64,000 bases of DNA from Candidatus Woesebacteria bacterium (GCA_035389185.1 DAOORK010000001.1:510218-574217), one strand, 5' to 3'. Positions 1 through 10,384 are shown, counted from the stretch's first letter. Numbers and translations: made by a program. The notes: generated by a model not told the origin, from the letters alone.

Positions 1-1
1 T

Positions 2-403
2 TACTTTGATAAGAAGCTCGACGATCTAAACGAAACGATTATCCAAAAGCAAGCACAAATTCAGGCATACGGTGAGGTAGAGTCGAGTATTAGAAAAATA
101 CTGGCAAAACAACAACCTGTCGAAGCATACATGAGTAGCGGACTAAATTTTGGAACCAAGATTGACAATTTAACTAAGGTCGTTCCCTCGGGAACAACTG
201 TTGATTCGCTTAATTTAACCAAAAATGGAATGACAGTAATCGGAAAAGCCCAGTCCGAGTACGGATTTGCCCAGTTGATTAGCGGACTAAAAAGACTTGA
301 GGGGGTAACAAATATTAGTATGAGAGACACGATTTTTGATCAAACGTCCGGTGGAGTGAAGTTTAATGTTCAATTAACTTTTAAAGATGGCCAGTCTAAT
401 TAA
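2..403 (+). CDS. PilN-like type IV pilus assembly protein (5' partial)
   Basis: Frame is open from base 2 into ORF 131..403. Coiled-coil region followed by a PilN-like ferredoxin-type pattern (TVIGKA..FAQLISGL); overlaps the PilO-like gene. Confidence 0.65.
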   Translation, partial: YFDKKLDDLNETIIQKQAQIQAYGEVESSIRKILAKQQPVEAYMSSGLNFGTKIDNLTKVVPSGTTVDSLNLTKNGMTVIGKAQSEYGFAQLISGLKRLEGVTNISMRDTIFDQTSGGVKFNVQLTFKDGQSN

Positions 404-1049
404 CAACGAAAAATACGCCCTTTATTACCAAAAAATTGGGCTACTCTATAAACGCCCTGAGGTTAAAGCATCGATTGAGATCATTTTGTCGATTTTCTCG
501 GTAATAATTTTGATTACGGCGGCAATTAGACCAACTCTAGTTAACGTGGCGACTTTACAAAAGAAGATTGAGGATCAAGAAGCAGTAAGCAGAAAAGCTG
601 ATACCAAGATTACTCAACTACTGAATGCTCAAAAACAACTACAGACACATGCCTCGAATCTTGGCCTTTTTGATGAAGCGGTACCCGACAATTTTTCTTA
701 CACAGGGATGAGTGAAAGATGGGAGTACTTGGCACGAAAAAACAACGTAAATATAGAGTCGATCTCTCTCCCCGGTTATACTTTGTATGGCAAGGGGATC
801 GTAAAAGGAGATTGGAGTAGCAGAATTGTAAAACCATCAGCAAACAACATTATCGTAAGTACGGCTACTTTTTCAGTAACAGGAAAACCTCTAAACGTAG
901 TTGCTTTCCTTAACGATGTTGAAAATATGGACCGTTTGGCCGTGATTGATTCAGTATCATTATCCAAGCAACTGGGTCTTACTAAAGCCGACGATCTACT
1001 GAAAGCATCGGGGCAGATTACCTTTTATTTTTACTCAACAACAAAATGA
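387..1049 (+). CDS. PilO-like type IV pilus assembly protein
   Basis: N-terminal TM plus AIRPT, coiled coil, and FLNDVENMDRLAVID motif typical of PilO. Confidence 0.7.
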   Translation: MASLINNEKYALYYQKIGLLYKRPEVKASIEIILSIFSVIILITAAIRPTLVNVATLQKKIEDQEAVSRKADTKITQLLNAQKQLQTHASNLGLFDEAVPDNFSYTGMSERWEYLARKNNVNIESISLPGYTLYGKGIVKGDWSSRIVKPSANNIIVSTATFSVTGKPLNVVAFLNDVENMDRLAVIDSVSLSKQLGLTKADDLLKASGQITFYFYSTTK

Positions 1050-1378
1050 AACCAACCCGAACAATCTCGTCGTACATCCTACTGATTGGACTGTTGGGAC
1101 TGGCTATTGTGGGAGGTATTTTGGCATACCAAATCTATGCGGCCTCGGTGAAAACCCAAACTACTGCCGAACAAAAAGAAGCTATTAAATCAATTGATGG
1201 GATTATCAAACAAACAGTAATTGATGATCTTGCCCGCAGAGAGGTTTACACTGAAAGTGAGATGGATGGATATTTAGTTACCACCAGTGTTCTTGAAACC
1301 GCAGAAGTAACACCTGAGGCAACTTCGGCGGGAACAACAACAGAAACAGAAGAAGCAAGCCCGTCGGCACAACAATAA
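1046..1378 (+). CDS. Single-TM hypothetical protein in the pil operon
   Basis: ATGA overlap with the upstream gene; one TM helix; acidic Thr-rich tail. Confidence 0.6.
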   Translation: MKPTRTISSYILLIGLLGLAIVGGILAYQIYAASVKTQTTAEQKEAIKSIDGIIKQTVIDDLARREVYTESEMDGYLVTTSVLETAEVTPEATSAGTTTETEEASPSAQQ

Positions 1379-1380
1379 AT

Positions 1381-2754
1381 ATGGCAAAACAAGGACTAAT
1401 GACTAAAAGAATTCCAACCCTACTTGGGGTGTTGATTCTATTGGGTGGATTAGTCGCCGGTGTGATTTTGGTAAATAGCAGGCAAGGACTGGTGACAAAG
1501 GCAGGCCCGACAGCTTCGCCCAAAAATGTAAAAATATCCAACCGCAGAGCCGATACTTTTACCGTAAGTTGGACAACCGACACTCCGGTAACCGGATATT
1601 TGAAGTACTCGGAAAACCCGGCAAAAATTACAACACCAGCTGGAGATGCACGGGACCAGATCTCCGGGAGTTCGCAGTCTTCGACAAACCACTACGTAAC
1701 CGTCACCGGATTAAATCCAAACAGAACAATCTACTTTGAAATTGGATCGGGGTCGCAGATGTATGACGACAACGGGAAACCCTTCACCGTGCAAACGGGA
1801 AAACAGGTGGTAGCTTCACAGACGGAAGATGTAATCAGCGGGAAAGTGTTGGGGGCAAACGGCAGTCCAATTACAAATGCCATCGTGTATGTCGAAGTTG
1901 AAGGAGGAGAAACACTATCCGCAATGACGAATACCGAAGGATCATGGAAACTAAACTTGCTACTTTCGAGGAACAGTAGCGGAGACCTTTTGAGCTATGA
2001 CGCCTCAACTTCGCTGATCTCGATCTTTGTTCAAGCCGGAATTTCGGGAACGGCCACGGCAATAACCAACACCGGTAATGCAAAACCGGTACCGGATATT
2101 GTTCTAGGAAAAAATCAGAGTTTTGTTGAGACAACCACGGCAACGACATCGGGAACTTTGACGGATACAGCCACAAAAAGCAGCGGTTTCAAAAATATTG
2201 CTGAGGAGGCTACATCGATAGTTTTGTCTCCCGACGCTTCGGAGTCAGCCGGGTCGGTGATTATTTTGAATCCGGCCATTAATGGAGAGATGATTGCAAC
2301 AAGCTCACCGGAGTTTAAAGGAAAAACAAACCCCGGAACAACAATAAAGATTACCGTTCACTCGGCTCTGGAAATGACTCAGGTGATTAAGGCAGACAAG
2401 GATGGTCTTTGGACGTGGACTCCTCCTCAGGATTTGGAACCAGGAGTACACACCCTAACACTGGAGTATACCGATGAAAATAATGTTTTCCAAAAAGTGG
2501 TCCGAAGTTTCACCGTTTTGGCGGCAGAAAGCACTGGCGGACTACCAGCCTTTACGGCTACACCTTCAGCAACAGTAACGACAACCAAAACAGCAACAAT
2601 TTCGGCAACTCCAACCAAAAAAGCAAGTATGCCGGCAACGACATCGGGAACACTGACAGATACCGGAACACTTTCTCTGACCGTGGTTTTGGCAGTTTTG
2701 GGCCTTGGGATGCTGTTATTTGGAAAAATTTCAAGACGATGGTGGATAGATTGA
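1381..2754 (+). CDS. Surface protein with FN3-like and bacterial Ig-like domains and C-terminal membrane anchor
   Basis: FN3-like TVSWTTD..HYVTVTGL; Ig-like GLWTWTPPQDLEPGVHT; ends in LTDTG, TM, RR. Confidence 0.7.
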   Translation: MAKQGLMTKRIPTLLGVLILLGGLVAGVILVNSRQGLVTKAGPTASPKNVKISNRRADTFTVSWTTDTPVTGYLKYSENPAKITTPAGDARDQISGSSQSSTNHYVTVTGLNPNRTIYFEIGSGSQMYDDNGKPFTVQTGKQVVASQTEDVISGKVLGANGSPITNAIVYVEVEGGETLSAMTNTEGSWKLNLLLSRNSSGDLLSYDASTSLISIFVQAGISGTATAITNTGNAKPVPDIVLGKNQSFVETTTATTSGTLTDTATKSSGFKNIAEEATSIVLSPDASESAGSVIILNPAINGEMIATSSPEFKGKTNPGTTIKITVHSALEMTQVIKADKDGLWTWTPPQDLEPGVHTLTLEYTDENNVFQKVVRSFTVLAAESTGGLPAFTATPSATVTTTKTATISATPTKKASMPATTSGTLTDTGTLSLTVVLAVLGLGMLLFGKISRRWWID

Positions 2755-2780
2755 CGGGAAAGTATATTTTATCTATAGTG
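2752..2780 (+). promoter_or_regulatory. Sigma70-type promoter
   Basis: TTGACG-17-TATAGT upstream of the ATG at 2818. Confidence 0.5.
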
Positions 2781-2817
2781 TAGATAGGTCCGTTTTATTG
2801 GACCGCTAATTAAGCGC

Positions 2818-4485
2818 ATGGATGATCAAAATCAAAATACTCAGCCTTTAGTTTCCGGTACTCCTCCAAACGTTCCCGCCATGCCTGAGGATATAACTCC
2901 GCAGACACCTCCACAGACCGCTATTCCTCCAGTAGAAACTCCTGAACCGGAAACACCTTTTGTCCCTTCTCAGCCAGGACCAATGACAACAACCACAACA
3001 GTAACCTCGACAGAGCCAGTTGAAGTTCCTCCGATGACAACTCCCATTGATACTCCTACTGAGGAGTCTCCTGTTCCGATACCCGCACCGATGACAACAG
3101 AAACAACGACTACAACTACGACAGAAACGCCAGTGCCAACTGAAGTACAAATGCCAGCGGCGAAGAAGAAGGTCTCACCGGTAATTTTGGGGGCTTTAGC
3201 CTTGCTTTTGGTGGTCGGTGTGGCTGGGGCAGCCTACTATGTATCAAATCAGTTATCTACTAGACAAGCAGTAGCACCAACAGCGCCGGAAAGTAAACCA
3301 CAGGCGGCGGCACTGTGCCGTTTACTTTATGAAACTCAATGCATTCAAAGAAGTGACTGTGAATGGGATTATGATCATTGTATTTCAAAGATCGTAACAA
3401 CACCAACACCGCCGCCAGCAACAAATAATAGTACTGGTGGTGGTGATAATAATACTAAAACCACAACAACGAGTGGTGAGAGCAGTTCTTCTTTGTATGT
3501 AAGTAAACCAACAGATGGATGCGGCTCAACAGCGTACCACAAATATGACTGCGGAACTCAGTGCTGTCGTACTACATCCACTTATGCCAAAGATGCCAAC
3601 TGCTGTACTACAGGCTGTAAGGAGCCAGACTCAAGCGGGATATTAAATGGAGCAGAAGAAAAACTGTGGTGTGAAAGTGATACGATCGATCAGTTCCAAG
3701 AGGCAAATCAGATTACTTTTAAAAGAACCGGAACGGCGGCTATTTATTTGAGTGGTACTTTTCATTACAAAGTGAGTCTAACCAAAAAGAGTGGAGATGG
3801 AGCGGCGAGTTTTTCTATCCCCTCTTCGGGTGACTATGTCGTTGGTGGAACTTCTTATACTATCGGCACGGTAAGTGCGGGGTCTGTGTACACGATGAGT
3901 ATTACTTTGAAAGAGGATGTCGATGTGAGTCGTGGTGCGTCTTTGGGTTGGAGAAAACCAAAGTCTGTGCAGACAGCACACCCTTCGTGTGACGCGTCGG
4001 GTACAGTGACAAAGGCGAGTGCTTTGTTTGATCTTAAAACCGAAACAACAGATGTTGATTATCCGGTGATGTGCTGGGCTGACTCGATCATTACTGGCGG
4101 ACCCGATCAGAGCATGGCGGAAAAATATGACTTTGATGACTTCACTGTTGCTGTTGGTTACTCATCTTCGACAACAGTTGGAATGTGTTCGAAGATCAAT
4201 ATCTACAAATACGACACAGCAACAAGTGCATATAGCTCCACAGCACTGACAGCCACCGAACTACAGAATCTTCATATTGGTGATGTTTTGCAATTCGAAA
4301 TGGAAGCAAGTATGGAGAACTTAAGCGGAAAATTTAGAGTGACCACCAACGGATCTGCCGGAGACTGGCTGACAGCAAGAGAAAAAACGACGTCAAATTG
4401 GACTAAGTTGGTTTATTATCCATACACCATATCAGCTTTGGGCGCGTATTCTTTTGAAGGTCAAGTTACTACCACTGCACAATAA
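2818..4485 (+). CDS. Membrane-anchored Cys/Thr-rich surface protein with Pro-rich cytoplasmic N-terminus
   Basis: P/T/E-rich N-terminus, KKK, TM, then QLSTRQAVAPTAPESKP and a Cys-rich ectodomain. Confidence 0.7.
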   Translation: MDDQNQNTQPLVSGTPPNVPAMPEDITPQTPPQTAIPPVETPEPETPFVPSQPGPMTTTTTVTSTEPVEVPPMTTPIDTPTEESPVPIPAPMTTETTTTTTTETPVPTEVQMPAAKKKVSPVILGALALLLVVGVAGAAYYVSNQLSTRQAVAPTAPESKPQAAALCRLLYETQCIQRSDCEWDYDHCISKIVTTPTPPPATNNSTGGGDNNTKTTTTSGESSSSLYVSKPTDGCGSTAYHKYDCGTQCCRTTSTYAKDANCCTTGCKEPDSSGILNGAEEKLWCESDTIDQFQEANQITFKRTGTAAIYLSGTFHYKVSLTKKSGDGAASFSIPSSGDYVVGGTSYTIGTVSAGSVYTMSITLKEDVDVSRGASLGWRKPKSVQTAHPSCDASGTVTKASALFDLKTETTDVDYPVMCWADSIITGGPDQSMAEKYDFDDFTVAVGYSSSTTVGMCSKINIYKYDTATSAYSSTALTATELQNLHIGDVLQFEMEASMENLSGKFRVTTNGSAGDWLTAREKTTSNWTKLVYYPYTISALGAYSFEGQVTTTAQ

Positions 4486-4490
4486 GAAAA

Positions 4491-5414
4491 ATGAATAACA
4501 AGAAAAAAATACTGGCGATTGTCTTGGTAGCTTTGGTACTAATACTGGGAGGAGCATCAATTTATGTGGCCACACAACTGTCGACAAGACAAGCTGTAGC
4601 CCCTACAGCTCCCGAAAGTAAACCGGCGGCGAGTGAGTCGGCAACAATTGTATGGTCTGATTCATGTGTAGCTACGGCGTCTGCAGTGGCAGTTGCTGAA
4701 AAAACAACTACCATTGAAGGAGTAAAAACAGCATATGAGAACGAAACGACAAATACTGCCGGTAGTTACTCACTAAAGACGGCTATGGATACAGTGGCGA
4801 AGAGCCAAACATATGTTTACGCTATTTCCTTGAAAAATACCGGTGAGGCAACGGCAACCGGAGTAACAATAAAAGATTCTTTAGCTGAAATTACCGAGCT
4901 AACATATGTTGACAAAGTGAGTGGGTGTTCATGGAGTGTTGCCGAAAAGCTTGTAACTTGCAGTACGACAATCAACCCCGATGAGACAAAGACTTTCTCA
5001 TTTAGAGTGAAGACGTCGAGCGATGTAGTTAACGGTGCGGTAATTACCAATACGGCAGCCGTGACTTCGGACAATGCCGGTTCGCTAACCTTAACCAAAG
5101 ATTTACCGGTGAGCACGGTTGTGGGCTGTAATCACACGTGTACCACTGATGAAGAGTGCGGTTCTGGACTTACCTGTGACACAACAACAAACAAGTGTAG
5201 ACTGGCGGCATGTCTTACCGAGTCAGACTGTGTTTGTGCGACTGTTACAACGACTACAACTACAACTGTTGTTACTGCTAGCCCAACAAAAATCGCCACA
5301 ACGGCGGCTACCCCAACTATCTTGCCGGAGACAGGTATCCTTGATCTGCCAGGAATTGCGGCCTTTGGCGGTGGATTGCTTTTGGCAGTAGTAGGAATAC
5401 TCTTAGCGCTGTAA
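4491..5414 (+). CDS. DUF11-domain surface protein with LPETG-type C-terminal anchor
   Basis: DUF11 motif YAISLKNTG..ATGVTIKDSL; Cys-rich module; ILPETG followed by a hydrophobic tail. Confidence 0.75.
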   Translation: MNNKKKILAIVLVALVLILGGASIYVATQLSTRQAVAPTAPESKPAASESATIVWSDSCVATASAVAVAEKTTTIEGVKTAYENETTNTAGSYSLKTAMDTVAKSQTYVYAISLKNTGEATATGVTIKDSLAEITELTYVDKVSGCSWSVAEKLVTCSTTINPDETKTFSFRVKTSSDVVNGAVITNTAAVTSDNAGSLTLTKDLPVSTVVGCNHTCTTDEECGSGLTCDTTTNKCRLAACLTESDCVCATVTTTTTTTVVTASPTKIATTAATPTILPETGILDLPGIAAFGGGLLLAVVGILLAL

Positions 5415-5418
5415 AGAC

Positions 5419-6663
5419 ATGAAGATCGCAGTTGTCGGGGGAGGTTTTACCGGAGTTGCCTGTGCTTTGTCTTTGCTGGAAAAAGGAGTTGAGGTGGTTC
5501 TTTTTGAGGAAGGAGAAAAACTGGGAGGTTTGGCGGGTGGTTTTAATCAGGGAACATGGAAATGGGATTTGGAGTTTTTTTATCATCATGTTTTTACAAA
5601 TGACAAAGAGATTGCGGAGCTGGCACGAAAAGTAGATTGGCCAGTAGAGATCAAATCGCCCCTAACCACAAGTTATTTGAAAGGGAAGGAAATCCAACTG
5701 GACACCCCATTGTCTGTTTTGAGATTTTCTCAAATGAGTCTTTGGGGAAGAGTTCGGATGGGACTGGGGCTTTTGATCTTAAAAATGATCCCTAACGGAC
5801 TATTTTTGGAAAAGTATAAGGTGACAGAGACGCTCCCCGGATTGATAGGCAAAGAGGGGTATCGAGTCATCTGGGGAAAACTGATTAAGGCAAAATTCGG
5901 ACCATATACAGAAAAGGTTAACATGGCTTGGTTTTGGGCTAGGGTTGCCAAACGAAGCAGTCGTTTGGGATATTTTGAAGGAGGGTTCCAAAAATTGGCC
6001 GACAAATCCTGGGAAAAAATCACGAATCTGGGAGGAAAAATAAAATTAAAAGAAAAAGTGGCGGAGATAAAACCATCAGAGGGAAAGTGGCTAGTAAACA
6101 AAGAAAAATTTGATGGAGTGGTAGTAACGACGCAGATGCCTATTGCAAAAGACCTATTGGAAGGAGTGGAGGTTCCAAAAATTGACTATCTCTGGGGACA
6201 AACATTGGTTTTGGAAACAAGCAACAAACTAATAAACGGTTATTGGATGAATATTCTGGAAGATAAATGGCCGTTTTTGGTAGCGGTGGAACACACCAAC
6301 ATGATTGACAAAAAAAACTACGATGATAACCGGATTGTGTACTTGGGAAATTATTTGCCAGAAGACAGCAAACAGTTAAAGATGAGCAAAGAAGAACTAC
6401 TGGAAATGTATCTGCCTTTCCTGCGAAAAATAAATAAGAACTTTCATAAAAAGTGGATTAAAAATGTTTTTCTTTTTCGAAAACCATATTCTCAACCAGT
6501 CTTCCCAGTAAATTATTCCCGACAAAAACCGACGACAAAAACAAAGTATCCGGGACTTTATATTGCCAATATGAGTATGGTTTATCCTTTTGATCGAGGA
6601 ACAAATTATGCAGTAAAAATGGGCAATGAGGTAGCCAAACAGGTGTTAACCGATTTAAGATAA
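5419..6663 (+). CDS. FAD-dependent oxidoreductase (protoporphyrinogen/amine oxidase-like)
   Basis: KIAVVGGGFTG dinucleotide-binding motif, LGGLA, FYHH, YPFDRGTNYA. Confidence 0.85.
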   Translation: MKIAVVGGGFTGVACALSLLEKGVEVVLFEEGEKLGGLAGGFNQGTWKWDLEFFYHHVFTNDKEIAELARKVDWPVEIKSPLTTSYLKGKEIQLDTPLSVLRFSQMSLWGRVRMGLGLLILKMIPNGLFLEKYKVTETLPGLIGKEGYRVIWGKLIKAKFGPYTEKVNMAWFWARVAKRSSRLGYFEGGFQKLADKSWEKITNLGGKIKLKEKVAEIKPSEGKWLVNKEKFDGVVVTTQMPIAKDLLEGVEVPKIDYLWGQTLVLETSNKLINGYWMNILEDKWPFLVAVEHTNMIDKKNYDDNRIVYLGNYLPEDSKQLKMSKEELLEMYLPFLRKINKNFHKKWIKNVFLFRKPYSQPVFPVNYSRQKPTTKTKYPGLYIANMSMVYPFDRGTNYAVKMGNEVAKQVLTDLR

Positions 6664-6666
6664 AGA

Positions 6667-8628
6667 ATGGCCAACGGTGATTTTTTGATTATTTTGCAAA
6701 CATATGCCATAAGTTTGGGATTACAGTTTTTGGGATGGCCGTGGGTGAAAAAGTTTTTTGGAAAAATGCCGGACAAGGGGTGGTGCTTGAGCCGAGTATT
6801 CGTTTCTTTGGTAAGTGCCCTGCTTATCTGGCAGTTGTCCTACCTAGGATTACCATCAAATACTCAGGCCGGAGTTTGGGCATTTTTAGTTTTCATCGGC
6901 TTGGCCGATCTATTTCTGATTATTAAAGAGGGTCTGGGAGCAGTCACAATTCCAAGAGGGATTGCGAAACTTGTGTCGATTGAAGAGTATTTGTTTATCA
7001 TTGGATTTGGCGGAATTGCTCTTTTAAGAGCATATGACCCCAGTTTGGACAGCCTTGAGAAATACATGGATTTTGGTTTTGTGAATCAGTACTTGAACTC
7101 ACTTACCTTACCCGCTCTTGATATGTGGCAGGCGGGTCAATCCATAAATTACTACTCTTTTGGACATTTTTGGGCGAGCATTCTGATAAAAATTTGGGGG
7201 GTAAAAGCGGCAGTTGGTTATAACTTAATGTTGGCATTTATTTTTGGGGTTTGTGTCGACCTGGTTTTTATGGCCAGTTATATGTTGACAGGAAAACACA
7301 ACGCCAGGGCGTCTTTGGTAGGAGGCCTGGTAGGAGCTCTATCTGTACTTCTGGCAGGCAACAGTCAAGTAATTTGGTATCTGATTGAAAATCAGAGTTT
7401 AAGTAATTACTGGTATGCCGATGCTACGAGGTTTATTTACAACACAATTCACGAATTTCCCAGCTACAGTTTTGTGGTTTCTGATCTTCATGGACATGTT
7501 TTGGATCTGCCGGTGATTTTGGCGTTTTTGATTGTCCTTTTTGTGTGGATTAAAGACCGAAAAAGAGTTTACGAAATAATCATGGGGTGTTTATTTGGGG
7601 TGATGATGATGACAAACACATGGGATGTGGCTGTCTACGGATTACTTTTGATAGTGTTAAGCGCTCAGATGGCTCTGTCGAACAAAAATAACATTAAGGA
7701 TATTTTGCGAGTAGCAATGATAATGTTTGTGACGATGTTTGCGGTGGCAATACCGTGGGGGTTGAAGTTTATTCCGATTTCAAACGGAATAGGAATAGTA
7801 AGTGCGAGGTCTCCTCTTTGGCAGTTGGCTGCTCTGTGGACAGGAGGAATAATCGTCAGTTTCGTGGCGGTAATTACTGAAGGAAAGGGTGAAAATCGTC
7901 ATTTGGTGAGAACCTTAATGATTACGGCGCTACTATTGATTGCCATTCCGGAGTTTGTTTTTGCCAGAGACATTTATGCTACTTATCCTAGGGCGAACAC
8001 GATGTTTAAACTAACTTATCAGGCCTTTATCATGATGGGAATACTGGCTGGATATTGTTGGGGGAAACTGCTAGATCGGGAAGTAAAAATGCCCATTGTT
8101 TGGAGGTTTGGAGCATTCTTTGCCGTGTTTTGGATATTTGTAGGAACAATGGTTTTCCCATTTGAAGCGTTTCCAACTTACTATGGCGGATTTAAAAATT
8201 ATCAAGGCTTGGATGGGGAAAAATGGATGGAGACAAAGATGCCGGAAAATTATGGAGCAATTAAATATCTCCAAGAAAACAGGAACGGCAAAAATATGGT
8301 TGAAGCTGTAGGTGAAAGCTATACCCTGCAAAATGCGGTATCGGTATTTTCGGGAGTACCAACCATCCAGGGTTGGAGAGTTCATGAATGGCTGTGGAGA
8401 GGAGGTTTTGGGGTGGTAGCCGAAAGACAGGACGAGGTGACTGAGATATATCAGGGCGAAGATCTTGGAGACACCGCGGAGATATTAAAGAAATACAATG
8501 TTGGCTGGATTTTGGTTGGACAAGACGAAAAGATATCGTATCGGATAAACGAAGAAAAACTATGGCAGTTCGGGGAAGTAGTTTGGAGTACCGGTGAGAC
8601 TTATCTAATCAAGATAACCCACTATTGA
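6667..8628 (+). CDS. DUF2298 (YYY-type) multi-TM membrane protein, GT-C-like
   Basis: EKYMDFGF, INYYSFGH, HEFPSYSFVVSDLHGH, NTWD, RANTMFK motifs. Confidence 0.85.
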   Translation: MANGDFLIILQTYAISLGLQFLGWPWVKKFFGKMPDKGWCLSRVFVSLVSALLIWQLSYLGLPSNTQAGVWAFLVFIGLADLFLIIKEGLGAVTIPRGIAKLVSIEEYLFIIGFGGIALLRAYDPSLDSLEKYMDFGFVNQYLNSLTLPALDMWQAGQSINYYSFGHFWASILIKIWGVKAAVGYNLMLAFIFGVCVDLVFMASYMLTGKHNARASLVGGLVGALSVLLAGNSQVIWYLIENQSLSNYWYADATRFIYNTIHEFPSYSFVVSDLHGHVLDLPVILAFLIVLFVWIKDRKRVYEIIMGCLFGVMMMTNTWDVAVYGLLLIVLSAQMALSNKNNIKDILRVAMIMFVTMFAVAIPWGLKFIPISNGIGIVSARSPLWQLAALWTGGIIVSFVAVITEGKGENRHLVRTLMITALLLIAIPEFVFARDIYATYPRANTMFKLTYQAFIMMGILAGYCWGKLLDREVKMPIVWRFGAFFAVFWIFVGTMVFPFEAFPTYYGGFKNYQGLDGEKWMETKMPENYGAIKYLQENRNGKNMVEAVGESYTLQNAVSVFSGVPTIQGWRVHEWLWRGGFGVVAERQDEVTEIYQGEDLGDTAEILKKYNVGWILVGQDEKISYRINEEKLWQFGEVVWSTGETYLIKITHY

Positions 8629-9692
8629 GTACCGTTGAGACGATTGGCGGTGTATTGCTTAAGGGCCGACCAGTTGTTATCTTTGGGTATGAGGACCCAA
8701 GCCCCTTTGTAAGCCGCGGTAGGTGGATTGTAGAGGATGGTAACACCGTTCTCATCGGGAAGGTCGGAGATACCAAAAGACTTTAAGGGATTATCTTTTG
8801 TTTCTAGAGCGACCTTGGCCAAGGTGGGGTAGAGAGAGTGATCAATATTTGTTTTGAGATTTGAGTCGAGAATGGAGAAAAATTGATCGACTTTGTTTTG
8901 GTCTAGAAGGAAGCTGGGGGTAAGCATTTTTTGTTTGAGAGCAGTGATCACCTGCTGTTGTCTATGAGAGCGGGCGAAGTCTGTACCCTCGTCCCCTTCC
9001 GAGTGGCGGGAACGAACAAATTTGAGAGCAGTTTCGCCATCGAGGTGGGCTGAGCCTGTGGCAAAAGTGATGGTTTCAAAGCGACTGGAAATAGGGAGAG
9101 AGTCTTCTTTGCCGGGGATAGGAAACTCGGTGTCGGTAAAACCGGGATCGATGTTGATATCGATACCACCGAGAAGGTCGATAGTTTCTTTGAAAATAGT
9201 GAAGTTGATAACGGCAGTGTAGTGAATGGGCAAACCAAGATCTTCAAGAATGGCTGCCTGAGACATTTTGATTCCCGCTCCGGGACTTGCTTCCTCTCCA
9301 TAGTAATAAGCAGTATTAATTTTTGCCTGGAGTGAAGGAACCCAGAGATCCCGAGGAATACTGATAAGGGTGCCTGTTTTTGATTGATGATTGTAAGACA
9401 AGACAATAATAGTGTCGGCAAGATTGGGAGAGTCGGTGCCCTCACCTCGAATGCCAAGAATAAGAAAGTTGGTGACACCGTTGGTGTTGTCTAGATTTCC
9501 GGCTGGTGTGCCAAAGAAACTTAGTAGATCTTGAGGTTTGAGGTGAAGACCGGCAAGATATCCCATCCCCTTCCAACCAAAGAACCCGAGTATAGCGACG
9601 AGGAGGGCAAGAAAGAGAAAAAGAAGATGACGTCTAATAAAGGAAGCAAAGCGAATAAAAAGCCGGCCTGATCTGAGATGGCTGAGTTTCAT
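8622..9692 (-). CDS. LCP (LytR-CpsA-Psr) family protein
   Basis: DTIIV, SIPRDLWV, KINTAY, FVRSRH, DFARSHRQQ. Confidence 0.9.
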   Translation of the reverse strand: MKLSHLRSGRLFIRFASFIRRHLLFLFLALLVAILGFFGWKGMGYLAGLHLKPQDLLSFFGTPAGNLDNTNGVTNFLILGIRGEGTDSPNLADTIIVLSYNHQSKTGTLISIPRDLWVPSLQAKINTAYYYGEEASPGAGIKMSQAAILEDLGLPIHYTAVINFTIFKETIDLLGGIDINIDPGFTDTEFPIPGKEDSLPISSRFETITFATGSAHLDGETALKFVRSRHSEGDEGTDFARSHRQQQVITALKQKMLTPSFLLDQNKVDQFFSILDSNLKTNIDHSLYPTLAKVALETKDNPLKSFGISDLPDENGVTILYNPPTAAYKGAWVLIPKDNNWSALKQYTANRLNGTQ

Positions 9693-10384
9693 TAGGCTAG
9701 GCTATTGATGATTCCGGCAAATAAAGTTGGTTCTAGGCTGTCAGCACCAACGAGAACACCATCAATGCGACTTTGATCGACAAAAGACTTCACATTTTCC
9801 GAGGTGACTGAGCCGCCATAAAGAATGTGGGCTTGATTGTCGATAAGAAAACTAATTTGGTGAACAACATGATTGGCATCGACCGGATCAATAGGATTCC
9901 CTGTCCCAACTGCGGCGAGGGGTTCGTAGACAAAGAAACAACGAGAGACATCGATATTATTTTGGAAAAGCGCTTTGATTTGTTCGTCGAGGTAAGGTGT
10001 GTCGAGACAAACAATCGGAGTAATCGAGTTTTCGAGCAGATACTTAGTCTTTTCGGCAACCATGTCACTGGTTTCGGCAAATTCCCGACGACGCTCGGAG
10101 TGACCAACAATACAGTAACTTACCAACTCGGACAGCATGTTGGCCGTGATCTCCCCAGTGTGCTTGCCGGGTGGCAAATGAGAAACGTTTTGGGCTCCGG
10201 TGATAATGGGGATTTTCATATCAGCGAGTTTGTGATTGAAAGCGGCAATGTCGGTGAAGGGAAGACAGAGAATAGTGATCACGTCAGAAGAAAAACGAGG
10301 GTTGATGGCCTGGATGCCATCAATCCAGATAAGGGACTCGGTGAGATTTTGGTTACTTTTCCAATTACCGATTACGTATTTCAT
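9692..10384 (-). CDS. tpiA: Triosephosphate isomerase
   Basis: GNWK, GHSERR, YEP, YGGSV; start placed at MKYVIG. Confidence 0.93.
   Translation of the reverse strand: MKYVIGNWKSNQNLTESLIWIDGIQAINPRFSSDVITILCLPFTDIAAFNHKLADMKIPIITGAQNVSHLPPGKHTGEITANMLSELVSYCIVGHSERRREFAETSDMVAEKTKYLLENSITPIVCLDTPYLDEQIKALFQNNIDVSRCFFVYEPLAAVGTGNPIDPVDANHVVHQISFLIDNQAHILYGGSVTSENVKSFVDQSRIDGVLVGADSLEPTLFAGIINSLA

Noticed and set aside
2818-3150. ACA/ACT and CCT-rich repeats
   Set aside because: Low-complexity Thr/Pro coding sequence, not CRISPR or a DNA repeat array.
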